A stretch of DNA of 32,000 nucleotides, taken from contig BA000021.3 of assembly GCA_000008885.1 (NCBI GenBank), forward strand, positions 30,001-62,000, read 5' to 3'. The stretch is from Wigglesworthia glossinidia endosymbiont of Glossina brevipalpis. GTDB lineage: Bacteria > Pseudomonadota > Gammaproteobacteria > Enterobacterales > Enterobacteriaceae. Made by a program: the position numbers and the translations under genes. Below, piece after piece: positions 20,901-30,837 of the stretch; positions within the stretch are counted from its first letter, which is position 1; the number at the start of each line of letters is the position of its first letter. The notes beneath the pieces were generated by a model. The model had not been told where the DNA came from. It saw only the letters and a list, made by a program, of their open reading frames with translations, and did no database searches.

Positions 20901-22013
20901 ATGAAGTATATTTTAATAAAATTATCAATTGTTATGATATTTATAATTAATTCGGCTAGTAAAGCAGAACGTATTAGAGATTTAACAACAATTGTTGGAG
21001 TAAGAGATAATGTTTTAATTGGATATGGATTAGTTGTAGGACTTGATGGGACAGGAGATCAAACAACTCAAACTCCATTTACAATACAAAGCTTGAGAAA
21101 TATGTTATCTCAATTAGGTGTGTCTATTCCATCTGGTATAAACATGCAACTTAAAAATATAGCCGCAGTAATGGTGACTGCTAAATTACCTCCTTTTGTT
21201 AAAATTGGGCAAAAAATTGATGTAATGGTTTCTTCTTTAGGAAGCGCAAAAAGTTTAAGAGGAGGTACTCTATTAATTACTCCTTTAAAAGGAGTAGATA
21301 ATCAAATATATGCATTAGCCCAAGGTAATATTTTAGTATCTGGATTTGGAGCTCAATCTGGAGGAAACACTTCTCAAGTTAATCAATTAAATGGTGGACG
21401 AATCAGTGAAGGGGCGATTATAGAAAAATCAATAAAGACTGATTTTGATAAAAGAGAAATAATTACATTGCAATTAAATAATAATGATTTTTCTTTAGCT
21501 CAACAAATTAGTGATGCTATAAATACTTATTTTGGAAAAAAAAGCGCATATCCTACAGATAGTCGTACTATTAATGTAATATTATCGGCTTCCTATGACA
21601 AATCAGAAAAAGTTAAATTTATTGCACGACTTCAAAACATACCAATAATTATTGGTCCATCTGATGCTATAATTGTTATAAATTCTAGAACAGGATCTGT
21701 AGTTATTAATAAAGAAGTTATGTTGAATAGTTGTGCAGTTGCTCATGGAGAACTTACTGTAGAAATTAAAAAAAGAACAAAAGTTAATCAACCTAATACT
21801 ATATTGGGAGGAGGGAGCACTGTAGTAACTCCAGAAACTGAAATTTTAATAAAAAACCAGGGAGATTCATTGCAAGAAATTTCTTCAAGTACAAATTTAA
21901 ATGAAGTAATTTCTTCTTTAAATAGCATAGGAGCTAAGCCTAATGATTTAATGGCTATATTAGAATCTATGAAGTCTGCTGGTTGTTTAAACGCAAAATT
22001 GGAGATAAATTAA
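20901..22013 (+). CDS. flgI: Flagellar P-ring protein FlgI
   Basis: 370 aa with signal peptide; [41 protein letters not shown]-like [32 protein letters not shown]. Confidence 0.98.
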   Translation: MKYILIKLSIVMIFIINSASKAERIRDLTTIVGVRDNVLIGYGLVVGLDGTGDQTTQTPFTIQSLRNMLSQLGVSIPSGINMQLKNIAAVMVTAKLPPFVKIGQKIDVMVSSLGSAKSLRGGTLLITPLKGVDNQIYALAQGNILVSGFGAQSGGNTSQVNQLNGGRISEGAIIEKSIKTDFDKREIITLQLNNNDFSLAQQISDAINTYFGKKSAYPTDSRTINVILSASYDKSEKVKFIARLQNIPIIIGPSDAIIVINSRTGSVVINKEVMLNSCAVAHGELTVEIKKRTKVNQPNTILGGGSTVVTPETEILIKNQGDSLQEISSSTNLNEVISSLNSIGAKPNDLMAILESMKSAGCLNAKLEIN

Positions 22014-22014
22014 A

Positions 22015-22317
22015 ATGAATGATAATTTTTTTATTTTGAAAGATATAGATAATTACTCATATAAAAATTTAAATTTATTTAATGACAATATAAATGAAAA
22101 AAAAAAACTAAATTTAGATTTTTCTTCAAATCATATAGAAAGTTTCTTTATAAATTTTATGTTAAAAAGTTCAAAATCTTCTATCATTTCTGAAGATTTT
22201 TTAGAAAATGAACAATCTAAATTATATAAATCTATTTATGATCAAATCATTTCAGACAAAATATCTGATAAAGGTATAGGTTTTAAAAGTTTTTTAGAAA
22301 AAAATTATAAACTATAA
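22015..22317 (+). CDS. flgJ: FlgJ, N-terminal rod-scaffold domain only
   Basis: 100 aa; HIESFFINFMLKSSKSSIISEDFLENEQSKLYKSIYDQIISDKISDKGIGF matches the rod-cap half of enteric FlgJ; located between flgI and flgK; no hydrolase domain. Confidence 0.9.
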   Translation: MNDNFFILKDIDNYSYKNLNLFNDNINEKKKLNLDFSSNHIESFFINFMLKSSKSSIISEDFLENEQSKLYKSIYDQIISDKISDKGIGFKSFLEKNYKL

Positions 22318-22405
22318 TTTTATTTTTTTTAACAAAAATCAAATTTTTTATTAATTTACCTATAATGTTTTTATTAACTTACTATTTAATAGCACTAAGG
22401 TTTAT

Positions 22406-24043
22406 ATGTTTAATTTATACCGTCTTGCTGGAAACGCTTTAAAAGCAGGAGAAATAGCACTGGATACTATTGGAAAAAATATTGCTAATTCTACAAGTTC
22501 TTCTTATCACAAAGAAAAAGCTATTTTATCTGCTTCAGAAGGAAAATTAATTTCTGAAGGATACATTGGAAATGGAGCTCATTATAATAGATTGACCAGA
22601 ATACAAGATGAGTTAATGAGCGAAAAAATGAGATATGCTAATAGTTCATTTTATTATGCTTTTGAAAAAAATAAAAAAATAAAATTTTTAGATTATTTTT
22701 TTAGTGAAAATAATAAATTTTTAGAGGGAGAAATTAATAATGTTTTTGATGATTTAGAATTTATTTCTCAGGAGCCATTTAATGAAATTTACAAAGAAAG
22801 TGCTTTTTTGAATTTTAAATCTCTTAATAATCATTTTAATTTTATAGGAAAAGAAATAAAAGATCTTGAAAATAATATATATAATGAAATAAAATTAAAT
22901 ATTTCTGATATTAATTCTTTGACTTCTCAATTATCTAGTATTAATAAAGAAATATTAAAATCTAAAAATGAAAAAATATCTTTAGATTTATTGGATAAAA
23001 GGGATCAATTATTGTCTGAAATAAGCAAAAAAATAGGAATTTCTGTTAATTTTAATGAAAAAAGTACAGTTAATGTTGCTTTAGAAAATGGATTTTTTTT
23101 GGTTGATAAAGACCAATCTAATGATTTAAAAATCAAAAAATATTTTGAAAATGATTTTTCTTTGTTTTATGAAAATTCTAAAAAAGAATTTATACAAATT
23201 GATTCTGATTCAATACAAAACGGAGAAATTGGTGGTTTAATTTCGTTTTATAACAAAGAAATTCCAATTATAAAAGAAAAAATAAATTTTATAATATTTT
23301 CTTTAGCAAAAAGATTTAATGAAGTTAATAAATCTGGTTATGATTCTAATAAATCTATTGGTCAAGATATTTTTTCTTATAGTTCTTTTAAAAATAAATT
23401 AGGGTTAGAAAATAAAGGAAATTTAGAAATACATGATATAAACACAAAAGATAATAATCATCCAGCAATTTATGAATTATTTTTTCAATCAAATAAATGG
23501 TTTATTACAAAAAAATCAGAAGGAAAAACAACAGAAATACCTTATCAATCATTAGATGAAAATTCAATCAATAAAATAATTTTTGACAAAATTAACTTGC
23601 ATATAAATGGATCTCCTGAAGATGGAGATCGAATTCAAATTAGACATTTATTAGATGTATCTGAAGATATTAAATTAAATTTAATATCTGGTAAAGAAAT
23701 AGCTCATTCAAGTAAAAATGAAAATACAAATAATAATGAAAACTCTTTAAAATTAGCAAACATTCAAAATGAAAAAATAATTAACAATGAAACTTTTACA
23801 GAAAATTATGCAAAGTTTATATCATATGTAGGAGAAACTGCAAATAATATTCAAAGCATAGAAAATAATCAGAAAATAATATTTGATAATATTGTTTCTA
23901 ATTATGAAAATAAAATAGGAGTTAATTTAGACGAAGAATATGTTCAAATAGAATTTTATCGTCAATATTATCATGCTAATGCACAAATAATTAAAGTTGC
24001 ATCTACATTATTTGATTCTTTGTTAAATGTAGTTAGAAAATAA
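22406..24043 (+). CDS. flgK: Flagellar hook-filament junction protein FlgK (HAP1)
   Basis: 545 aa; FNLYRLAGNALKAGEIALDTIGKNIANSTSSSYHKEK and C-terminal EEYVQIEFYRQYYHANAQIIKVASTLFDSLLNVVR. Confidence 0.95.
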   Translation: MFNLYRLAGNALKAGEIALDTIGKNIANSTSSSYHKEKAILSASEGKLISEGYIGNGAHYNRLTRIQDELMSEKMRYANSSFYYAFEKNKKIKFLDYFFSENNKFLEGEINNVFDDLEFISQEPFNEIYKESAFLNFKSLNNHFNFIGKEIKDLENNIYNEIKLNISDINSLTSQLSSINKEILKSKNEKISLDLLDKRDQLLSEISKKIGISVNFNEKSTVNVALENGFFLVDKDQSNDLKIKKYFENDFSLFYENSKKEFIQIDSDSIQNGEIGGLISFYNKEIPIIKEKINFIIFSLAKRFNEVNKSGYDSNKSIGQDIFSYSSFKNKLGLENKGNLEIHDINTKDNNHPAIYELFFQSNKWFITKKSEGKTTEIPYQSLDENSINKIIFDKINLHINGSPEDGDRIQIRHLLDVSEDIKLNLISGKEIAHSSKNENTNNNENSLKLANIQNEKIINNETFTENYAKFISYVGETANNIQSIENNQKIIFDNIVSNYENKIGVNLDEEYVQIEFYRQYYHANAQIIKVASTLFDSLLNVVRK

Positions 24044-24077
24044 TCTATTATTAATTTTAATTTAGAGGAAATATTAT

Positions 24078-25019
24078 ATGAATTTGAGCACACGTTTATT
24101 ATACAATAATTATATTAGTAATATATTATATAATACTTCTCAATTTCATGAACTAACATCTAGACTTAGTTCTGGTAAACGAATCATGAAATCTTCTGAT
24201 AATCCACAATGTTTATCAAGTTCTATTATAAATCAAAAAAATATTTCTAAATTAAATAGATTCAATCAAACTAGAAATTATATAAAAAATTTTTTATCTA
24301 AAGAATGCAATGTTTTGCAAAATATAAGCAATTCTCTTTCTATTATTGGAGTAAAAGTAATTAGTATACAACAATCTTTAGGAGATCCATCTGTTTTAAT
24401 CTCAGAATTAAAAAGTCTTAGAAATGAATTAATAATGTTGGCTAATAGCACAGATTTAAATAATAATTATATTTTTTCAGGAAATCATGTTGATAAAACT
24501 CCATTTTCTGAAAAAGAAAACAATGAATATCAAGGAAGTATATATAAAAATAAGTTATTGATTTCAGAAAATTGGAGTATAGAATTAGGGCATATAGGAA
24601 AAGAAATATTCATTAAAAATGAAGAAGAAAATTTATTCCAAAGATTGGATTCTTTGATTAAAGAACTTACACAGTATTCTTTAAAAAAAAGAGAAAATAA
24701 AAATGAATTAGAATTAAATAGTTCATTTCCTAATAAATTAATTAATGAAACAAAAATTTTAATTAAAAAAACAGAAGATAAGGTTTTTCTAGCACAATCA
24801 GAATCTGGGAATTGTCTAAATAAATTAGAAAGATTAGAAGAATCAGAAAAAAATAGCGTAGAACATATTAATGAGATTACACAAAATATGTTAGGCCAAA
24901 ATCATTCAGAATTAATCAAAATAGCATCAGAAATACAAATGTATAAAACTGTAGTATCTTCTTCAATAGAAGTTTTTCAAATAATGAAAAATATGTCTTT
25001 GTTTAATTATTTAAGATAA
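24078..25019 (+). CDS. flgL: Flagellar hook-filament junction protein FlgL (HAP3)
   Basis: 313 aa; MNLSTRLLYNNYISNILYNTSQFHELTSRLSSGKRIMKSSDNP, NNNYIFSGNHVDKTPF; directly after flgK. Confidence 0.94.
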   Translation: MNLSTRLLYNNYISNILYNTSQFHELTSRLSSGKRIMKSSDNPQCLSSSIINQKNISKLNRFNQTRNYIKNFLSKECNVLQNISNSLSIIGVKVISIQQSLGDPSVLISELKSLRNELIMLANSTDLNNNYIFSGNHVDKTPFSEKENNEYQGSIYKNKLLISENWSIELGHIGKEIFIKNEEENLFQRLDSLIKELTQYSLKKRENKNELELNSSFPNKLINETKILIKKTEDKVFLAQSESGNCLNKLERLEESEKNSVEHINEITQNMLGQNHSELIKIASEIQMYKTVVSSSIEVFQIMKNMSLFNYLR

Positions 25020-25039
25020 ATTTAATTTGAATTAAATTT
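25018..25039. terminator. Perfect 10-bp inverted repeat with 2-nt centre at the convergent flgL/fliR junction; candidate bidirectional transcript end
   Basis: AAATTTAATT TG AATTAAATTT, overlapping the ends of both converging genes; stem is entirely A/T. Confidence 0.4.
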
Positions 25040-25815
25040 CAAAAAAAATTATATATGTATTTAAAAGTATTAAATATTAAATCTGTAGATAGTTTTTGAA
25101 AGTTATTTAATATAATATAAATAGATAATAATCCTATTAGTAAAGTTAAAGAAAACCCAATAACAAAAATAGAAAATTGCGGAGTAAATCTATTTAAAAT
25201 ACCAAATAAAATATTCAAAGACAACAACATAGTAATTGAAGGAATGGATAAAAATAATCCGTTAGCAAAAATTATTCCAGAAAAGTTTATAATAGAAAAA
25301 AATATTTCGTCATTGAATTTAAAATTAATTCCTATGGGAATTAATTTAAAACTATTAAACAATATATCTAACACAGTTAGATGAGCATCAAAAGATAGAA
25401 AAATTAAAATTAAAATTAAATTAAAAAATCTAGAAATAATTGGGGAATTAGGCCCGCTTATGTGATCAAAAAAAACTGCAAAAGATAAACCCATTTGTAA
25501 ACCAATTAGTTCTCCAGAAAATTTAATGCTACAAAAAGATAATTGTAAAATTAAACCAATAAAAAATCCTATGATTATTTGTATTATTAAAACATAAAAA
25601 CCTTCTATTGATATAATACTAATATTATTTAAAGGTAATTCTTGAGAAACAAGAAAAGAAAATAAAACAGAAATTAAAATTTTAATTTTTCTTGGAATTA
25701 CTTTTTCGTTAAACACCGGAGCACTTATAAACAATCCATTTACACGAGCTATTGCCCATATATTTTGATTTATCCAATCAAGTAAAATATTAATGGAAAA
25801 ATCAATCATACTCAC
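25039..25815 (-). CDS. fliR: Flagellar type III export protein FliR
   Basis: 258 aa membrane protein; ARVNGLFISAPVFNEKVIPRKIKI, GELIGLQMGLSFAVFFDH; follows fliQ with 4-nt overlap. Confidence 0.94.
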   Translation of the reverse strand: MSMIDFSINILLDWINQNIWAIARVNGLFISAPVFNEKVIPRKIKILISVLFSFLVSQELPLNNISIISIEGFYVLIIQIIIGFFIGLILQLSFCSIKFSGELIGLQMGLSFAVFFDHISGPNSPIISRFFNLILILIFLSFDAHLTVLDILFNSFKLIPIGINFKFNDEIFFSIINFSGIIFANGLFLSIPSITMLLSLNILFGILNRFTPQFSIFVIGFSLTLLIGLLSIYIILNNFQKLSTDLIFNTFKYIYNFF

Positions 25816-26084
25816 GATCCTAACATGAAAGGAATTTGATTTAACAAAGATACCATATATTCAACAAATGTACGCAACATCCATGATCCAAAAATTAATA
25901 TAGTAATTATAACTGATAGTATTTTTGGAATAAAAGATAATGTCATTTCGTTAATCTGAGTTGAAGCTTGTAAAATGCTAATTATTAAACCAGTAATCAT
26001 TGCTGCTAATAAAGGAATAGCAGAAATTTTTATAGCCATTTTAATTGCATTAAAACCTAATAAAATAACTGTTTCTGATGTCAT
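25812..26084 (-). CDS. fliQ: Flagellar type III export protein FliQ
   Basis: 90 aa; AIPLLAAMITGLIISILQASTQINEMTLSFIPKI. Confidence 0.96.
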   Translation of the reverse strand: MTSETVILLGFNAIKMAIKISAIPLLAAMITGLIISILQASTQINEMTLSFIPKILSVIITILIFGSWMLRTFVEYMVSLLNQIPFMLGS

Positions 26085-26093
26085 TTTTTAAAA

Positions 26094-26885
26094 TTAATTT
26101 ATTGTAAAACTTTGAACTAAAGATCCCAATAATATTTGCCATCCATCTGCCATTACAAATAACATTAACTTAAAAGGAAGAGATACTGTAGTAGGAGGCA
26201 ACATCATCATTCCAAGAGCCATTAATATACTTGCTACTACCATATCAATAATAAGAAACGGGATAAATAATGTAAATCCAATTTGAAAAGCTGTTTTAAG
26301 TTCGCTTGTAACGAATGCAGGTATTAAAATTTTTATTGGTACTTCCTTTGGGCTATTTATTTCATTTGTTTTGCTTATTTTAGAATAAAAAGCTAAATCT
26401 TTTTCTCTAGTTTGAGAAATCATAAATTCTTTAATTGGTTGTTCTGCATATATAATTGCTTTTTGTAAATTTATTTTGTTTTGATAAAATGGGAGATAAG
26501 AATCATAATATATCTTTTCTAAAACAGGAGACATTATAAAAATAGTTAAACATAAAGATAACCCTATTAAAATTTGATTAGGAGGAGCAGTGGGAGTGCC
26601 AAGAGCATTTCTTAGTATACTTAGAACAATAATAATTCTAGTAAAGCTTGACATTAATAATATTAATGCAGGAATAAATGTTAAAGATGTTAAAAATAAT
26701 AATGTTTGTACTGGAAGAGATAACTTGATATCTTCTAAAGAATTTAATTTTTGAGAATCAATAGGTATTGTTTCTGAAACTGAATATACAGGGAAATAAA
26801 ATAATATTAAAATTAAAATAACAAAAATTTTTTTAAAATATTTTTTTGTTAAACTAAAAAAAGTAAAAAAAATATTAATATACAT
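26094..26885 (-). CDS. fliP: Flagellar type III export protein FliP
   Basis: 263 aa; [91 protein letters not shown]. Confidence 0.98.
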   Translation of the reverse strand: MYINIFFTFFSLTKKYFKKIFVILILILFYFPVYSVSETIPIDSQKLNSLEDIKLSLPVQTLLFLTSLTFIPALILLMSSFTRIIIVLSILRNALGTPTAPPNQILIGLSLCLTIFIMSPVLEKIYYDSYLPFYQNKINLQKAIIYAEQPIKEFMISQTREKDLAFYSKISKTNEINSPKEVPIKILIPAFVTSELKTAFQIGFTLFIPFLIIDMVVASILMALGMMMLPPTTVSLPFKLMLFVMADGWQILLGSLVQSFTIN

Positions 26886-26894
26886 TTAATTTCC

Positions 26895-27224
26895 TTAAAT
26901 AACATTTTTAATGTTATTTGATTTAATTTTTATGTTTTTATCTTTCAAATTAGATAAAGTACATAAATAATTAATATGATTAGGAGTTATTCCTAATAAA
27001 ATACAATCTTGACCTACTTGAACAACTATAATTTTACCTTTATCTCCTAAAATTAAACTGTTTTTAATTTCAATTAATGGAATCTTATTATTAAATTTTT
27101 TTAAAAATCCAAAATGTTTAATTAATTTAATTAAAAAGTAAATAATACAAAAAAATAAAATTAAAATAACTGTAATGTTAGAAAATTTTTCAGAAAAATT
27201 TTTAAAAATATAATTTTCAATCAT
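26895..27224 (-). CDS. fliO: Flagellar type III export assembly protein FliO
   Basis: 109 aa; single N-terminal TM then IEIKNSLILGDKGKIIVVQVGQDCILLGITPNHI; between fliN and fliP. Confidence 0.85.
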   Translation of the reverse strand: MIENYIFKNFSEKFSNITVILILFFCIIYFLIKLIKHFGFLKKFNNKIPLIEIKNSLILGDKGKIIVVQVGQDCILLGITPNHINYLCTLSNLKDKNIKIKSNNIKNVI

Positions 27225-27628
27225 CTGTTTAGCCGTCTTATGCGTTCTTCCGGAGTGATTATATCTAAAATTTTTATTCCATATCTTTCTTTCATAACAA
27301 CAACCTCTCCTCTTGCTACAAGATAATCATTTATTAAAATATCTAGTGGTTCTCCTATTTCTCCATCTAAAGTTACAATAGAATCTCTTTTCAAGAGCAA
27401 AAGATCTCTAATAGTCATTTTAGTTCTTCCAAGCTCAATGGTCATTTTAATAGGAATATCTAAAATTAGATTAATATCTTCAGATAATTTTTTATTTTTT
27501 ATTTTTGATGAATCTATCTCTTTTATTTCTTCTGAATTTGCTTTTAATTCTTTTATTTCATCATCATTGTTTAAATCTTCTACTGAATCATTTTTAATTT
27601 TTTCTGGTTCTTTTTTTATATCATTCAT
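27221..27628 (-). CDS. fliN: Flagellar motor switch (C-ring) protein FliN
   Basis: 135 aa; LILDIPIKMTIELGRTKMTIRDLLLLKRDSIVTLDGEIGEPLDILINDYLVARGEVVVMKERYGIKILDIITPEERIRRLNR. Confidence 0.98.
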   Translation of the reverse strand: MNDIKKEPEKIKNDSVEDLNNDDEIKELKANSEEIKEIDSSKIKNKKLSEDINLILDIPIKMTIELGRTKMTIRDLLLLKRDSIVTLDGEIGEPLDILINDYLVARGEVVVMKERYGIKILDIITPEERIRRLNR

Positions 27629-27632
27629 TTAT

Positions 27633-28592
27633 TTATCCTTTATCTATTTTGTTTATATAAGAATTTATTATATTTTCAACACGTAACGCATAGTGTCCAT
27701 TCAAACTACCATAAGAACCAGAAAAAACAGGAATACAATCAACATATGCTGTAAGTTTTTTTGTTTTTACAATAGGAATAATTTCTCCTTTGTTTAAATT
27801 AATAAGATCAGAAACGCAAATAGATAAATCGGCAAATTTTACTTGAATTAATAATTTACTTGATTTAATTTCGTTAACAAGTTTATTTTTCCATTTGTTT
27901 TGTTCTTTTTCTTTATTATTTGATAATTTTTTTTCATAAAATAAATTTTCGTTTTCTACAGAAAATGTAGAAAAAATTATAAAAAAATTAATTTTTAAAT
28001 TTTTATAATGAAAATTAAATTTAGAAATAAATATTTTTTCATTTTTATCAAAATTTATTAATTGAATACATGTATCTGATGTTACAAGCTCTAAATTTAT
28101 AGAATTTATATTATCTTTTAAAGACTTTTGATAACAATTAATAATTAATTTGTTTAAAATATCAATTATTCTTTTTTCTGAAATAGAAAATTCATTTAAA
28201 TTTTTTCTACCAAATGAATTTCCAGTACCTCCAAAAAAAATATCTAAAATTATAGAAACAAATTCTGTAGTTAAAATGATAACTAAATCATTTTTAAATA
28301 GATTAGTTTTTATTAAATTTATACTAACCAATGTATTAAAATCTTTTATAAAATCACAATACTTTTGTGTATAAATTTCTTTAGAAGTTATATCTATAGG
28401 TTCTTTTATATAATTTGTTATTTCCTTTTTAATATATCCTGTAAATTTTTGATTAACATTGTTTAATTTTTCTATAATACTTTTATTGCATTCTTTTGAT
28501 TTATTTTTATTTAAAAAAATATTTTTACTAATTTCTGAAAAATTATTTTTTTTTTCATTATTTATTTCAACATCATAATTTTTATTAGACAT
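27633..28592 (-). CDS. fliM: Flagellar motor switch protein FliM, divergent, lacking the N-terminal CheY-binding motif
   Basis: 319 aa; LDIFFGGTGNSFG (GGXG retained), LLIQVKFADLSICVSDLINLNKGEIIPI, SLNGHYALRVENIIN; operon position between fliL and fliN. Confidence 0.92.
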   Translation of the reverse strand: MSNKNYDVEINNEKKNNFSEISKNIFLNKNKSKECNKSIIEKLNNVNQKFTGYIKKEITNYIKEPIDITSKEIYTQKYCDFIKDFNTLVSINLIKTNLFKNDLVIILTTEFVSIILDIFFGGTGNSFGRKNLNEFSISEKRIIDILNKLIINCYQKSLKDNINSINLELVTSDTCIQLINFDKNEKIFISKFNFHYKNLKINFFIIFSTFSVENENLFYEKKLSNNKEKEQNKWKNKLVNEIKSSKLLIQVKFADLSICVSDLINLNKGEIIPIVKTKKLTAYVDCIPVFSGSYGSLNGHYALRVENIINSYINKIDKG

Positions 28593-28598
28593 ATCAAA

Positions 28599-29087
28599 TT
28601 ACCTTATAATAAATGAATTAAAAAAAACATCATTAACCATAGGATTTTGATCATCAATAGATTGTTTGTTTAGTTCCTTTTTTATTTCTTTTAACAAAAC
28701 ATTTTTTCCTTCTGAAGAAGATAAAGAAGATGGAGTCTGTTGAGATAACAATAAAATTAGTTGGTTTCTTAATTCAGGCAATTTACTTTCTAGTAATTCT
28801 TTAATTGATTCATTTTTTAATCTAAGAGTTAATCCTATATACAGCATACTGCCATATTCTCCGTCTTCTGGTTGAAGACTAACAGTAAAAGCATCTAAAG
28901 GAAAATAAATATTAGATACAGAATTTTCTAATTGAGGGCTTTCTATTGTCGGAGAATTAGGAATAGATTTTTCTTCAATTGCCCATGGTTTGAAATAAAA
29001 TACTCCTGAAATTATTGCAATTAATAATCCAATAATAATTGTTATTACTATTGGGTTTTTAATAAAATTAATTTTATTATTCAACAC
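28599..29087 (-). CDS. fliL: Flagellar basal-body-associated protein FliL
   Basis: 162 aa; single N-terminal TM, FTVSLQPEDGEYGSMLYIGLTLRLKN, LPELRNQLILLLSQQTPSSLSSSEGK. Confidence 0.95.
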   Translation of the reverse strand: MLNNKINFIKNPIVITIIIGLLIAIISGVFYFKPWAIEEKSIPNSPTIESPQLENSVSNIYFPLDAFTVSLQPEDGEYGSMLYIGLTLRLKNESIKELLESKLPELRNQLILLLSQQTPSSLSSSEGKNVLLKEIKKELNKQSIDDQNPMVNDVFFNSFIIR

Positions 29088-29148
29088 TTTATTGTTTCCT
29101 ATGTCTAAATATTTAAAATTGAAAAATTTTTAAAAAATAGTTATTAAT

Positions 29149-30384
29149 TTATACATAAATATCTATTATTTTTTGTAAATTATTTAAGTTATATTGTGTG
29201 TATTTTGAATAATTTTTTTTATTTAAAATATTATTTTTGTCAAAAATATTTTTTTCTTTATTTTTTTCTTTTTCAGAAAATTCATCATTACTTTCATTAT
29301 ATATATAATATAAATTTTTTTTATGATTATAATCATAAAAACTGTTTTGTTTATTATCATTTAAATTTACATCAACATAATTATTAAAACTAGTTTCATT
29401 CAAAATGATACCATTTTCTAATAATGTTTTTTTAAGATCTTTTATAGAATTTTCTAAAATATTTTTTATTTCTAAATTGTCTAAAAAAAAACAAATATTA
29501 ATTTTATTTGAATCATATTTCAAAGAAATTTTTATATTGCCTAAATTCTCTGGATAAACTTTTAATTTTGCATAAAACACTCCTTTATTTTTAAATAAAG
29601 AAATTTTTTCACTTAATTTTTGTACTAAAATTTTATCAGATTCAATATTATCTGAATAATTCTTGGAAATTTCTTTGTTTTTATAATCTCTATCAATATG
29701 TTTGCTTATTTGTAAATTATCATAAAAATATTCATTTTTTTCTGTATTTTTTTCTAAAATAGAATCAGAACATTTGATATTTTTATTTATTGAATAATTT
29801 TTAAAAAAACTTTCTTCTTTAATAGAATTATTATTTACGTCATTAAATTTTTTTTCATCTGTTAAAAAATCTAATTTATCTTTTTTTAAATCAAGATCTT
29901 TATCAGTAAATTTTTTATCAATCAAGATATTATTTAATGAAAAACTTTTATTTATAGATTTGTCAAATTCAAAAACTTTTTTTTCATTAAATAAAAAAAT
30001 ATTTTCTATAAATTCAAAAATTTTATTTAAATTAATATTTTTTTTATCAAAATTAAATTTTTTATTTTCTTTTATATTTTTATCAAAAAATTTTGATTTA
30101 TCAATAAATTTAATGAATTCATAAAAATCATATTTAATATCATCAGATATATCATTTATCTCTTTATATCCTTCTAATTTGTTTTGAGCATTTTTATCCA
30201 TTTCATTTTTTTTAAAAATTGTTTCTATTTTATATTTTAATTCATCAATTGAATTTAAATTTTCTGATTTAATTAAAATATTATTTAAAATATTTAAAAA
30301 ATTTGAATCAAAAAATAAATTATTATTATATTGAAATTCATTTTTCACATTATTTTGATAATTATCATCGTCAATGAGTATCAC
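29149..30384 (-). CDS. fliK: Flagellar hook-length control protein FliK, very divergent low-complexity N-terminus
   Basis: 411 aa; C-terminal export-switch domain YAKLKVYPENLGNIKISLKYDSNKINICFFLDNLEIKNILENSIKDLKKTLLENGI; 4-nt overlap with fliJ. Confidence 0.85.
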   Translation of the reverse strand: MILIDDDNYQNNVKNEFQYNNNLFFDSNFLNILNNILIKSENLNSIDELKYKIETIFKKNEMDKNAQNKLEGYKEINDISDDIKYDFYEFIKFIDKSKFFDKNIKENKKFNFDKKNINLNKIFEFIENIFLFNEKKVFEFDKSINKSFSLNNILIDKKFTDKDLDLKKDKLDFLTDEKKFNDVNNNSIKEESFFKNYSINKNIKCSDSILEKNTEKNEYFYDNLQISKHIDRDYKNKEISKNYSDNIESDKILVQKLSEKISLFKNKGVFYAKLKVYPENLGNIKISLKYDSNKINICFFLDNLEIKNILENSIKDLKKTLLENGIILNETSFNNYVDVNLNDNKQNSFYDYNHKKNLYYIYNESNDEFSEKEKNKEKNIFDKNNILNKKNYSKYTQYNLNNLQKIIDIYV

Positions 30385-30833
30385 GATTTAATGCCTCTTA
30401 TGTACATTTTTGAAGATATTTCATCCATTTGTTTTTGTAAAATACGATTTTTCAAAGTACGTTTATTTATTTTATGTCTAATTTTTAATATATCAAATGC
30501 ATTTAATTTTTTTTTCTCTTTTTTCCAATTATTTAATTCTATATTTAATTTTATTTTACTTTTTTTTACTTGTTCTTTATGATGATTTATTAAATTATAT
30601 AAACATGTAATAAAAGATTGGTAATTAGTCCAAACATTAATATCTATAGATCTTATTTTCATTTTTTTTTTCAAAAAATTTCTATATTCTCTTTCGTAAT
30701 ATATTATTTTATTTAATTTTTCTAATTCTAATTGATATATAAATCTAGCTTTTTTCAATTTATACGATGATTTAATAAAATATAAATTAGAATATTTATT
30801 TAAAATATTAATAGTAAATTCTGAAGTAACCAT
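30381..30833 (-). CDS. fliJ: Flagellar export chaperone-like protein FliJ
   Basis: 150 aa coiled coil; between fliI and fliK; YQSFITCLYNLINHHK..., WKKEKKKLNAFDILKIR. Confidence 0.87.
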   Translation of the reverse strand: MVTSEFTINILNKYSNLYFIKSSYKLKKARFIYQLELEKLNKIIYYEREYRNFLKKKMKIRSIDINVWTNYQSFITCLYNLINHHKEQVKKSKIKLNIELNNWKKEKKKLNAFDILKIRHKINKRTLKNRILQKQMDEISSKMYIRGIKS

Positions 30834-30837
30834 ATGT

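Noticed and set aside
27438-27686. Short plus-strand ORFs antisense to the fli genes (27438, 28150, 29196, 30331, 31622)
   Set aside because: Shadow ORFs of fliN, fliM, fliK, fliJ and fliI; no independent evidence.
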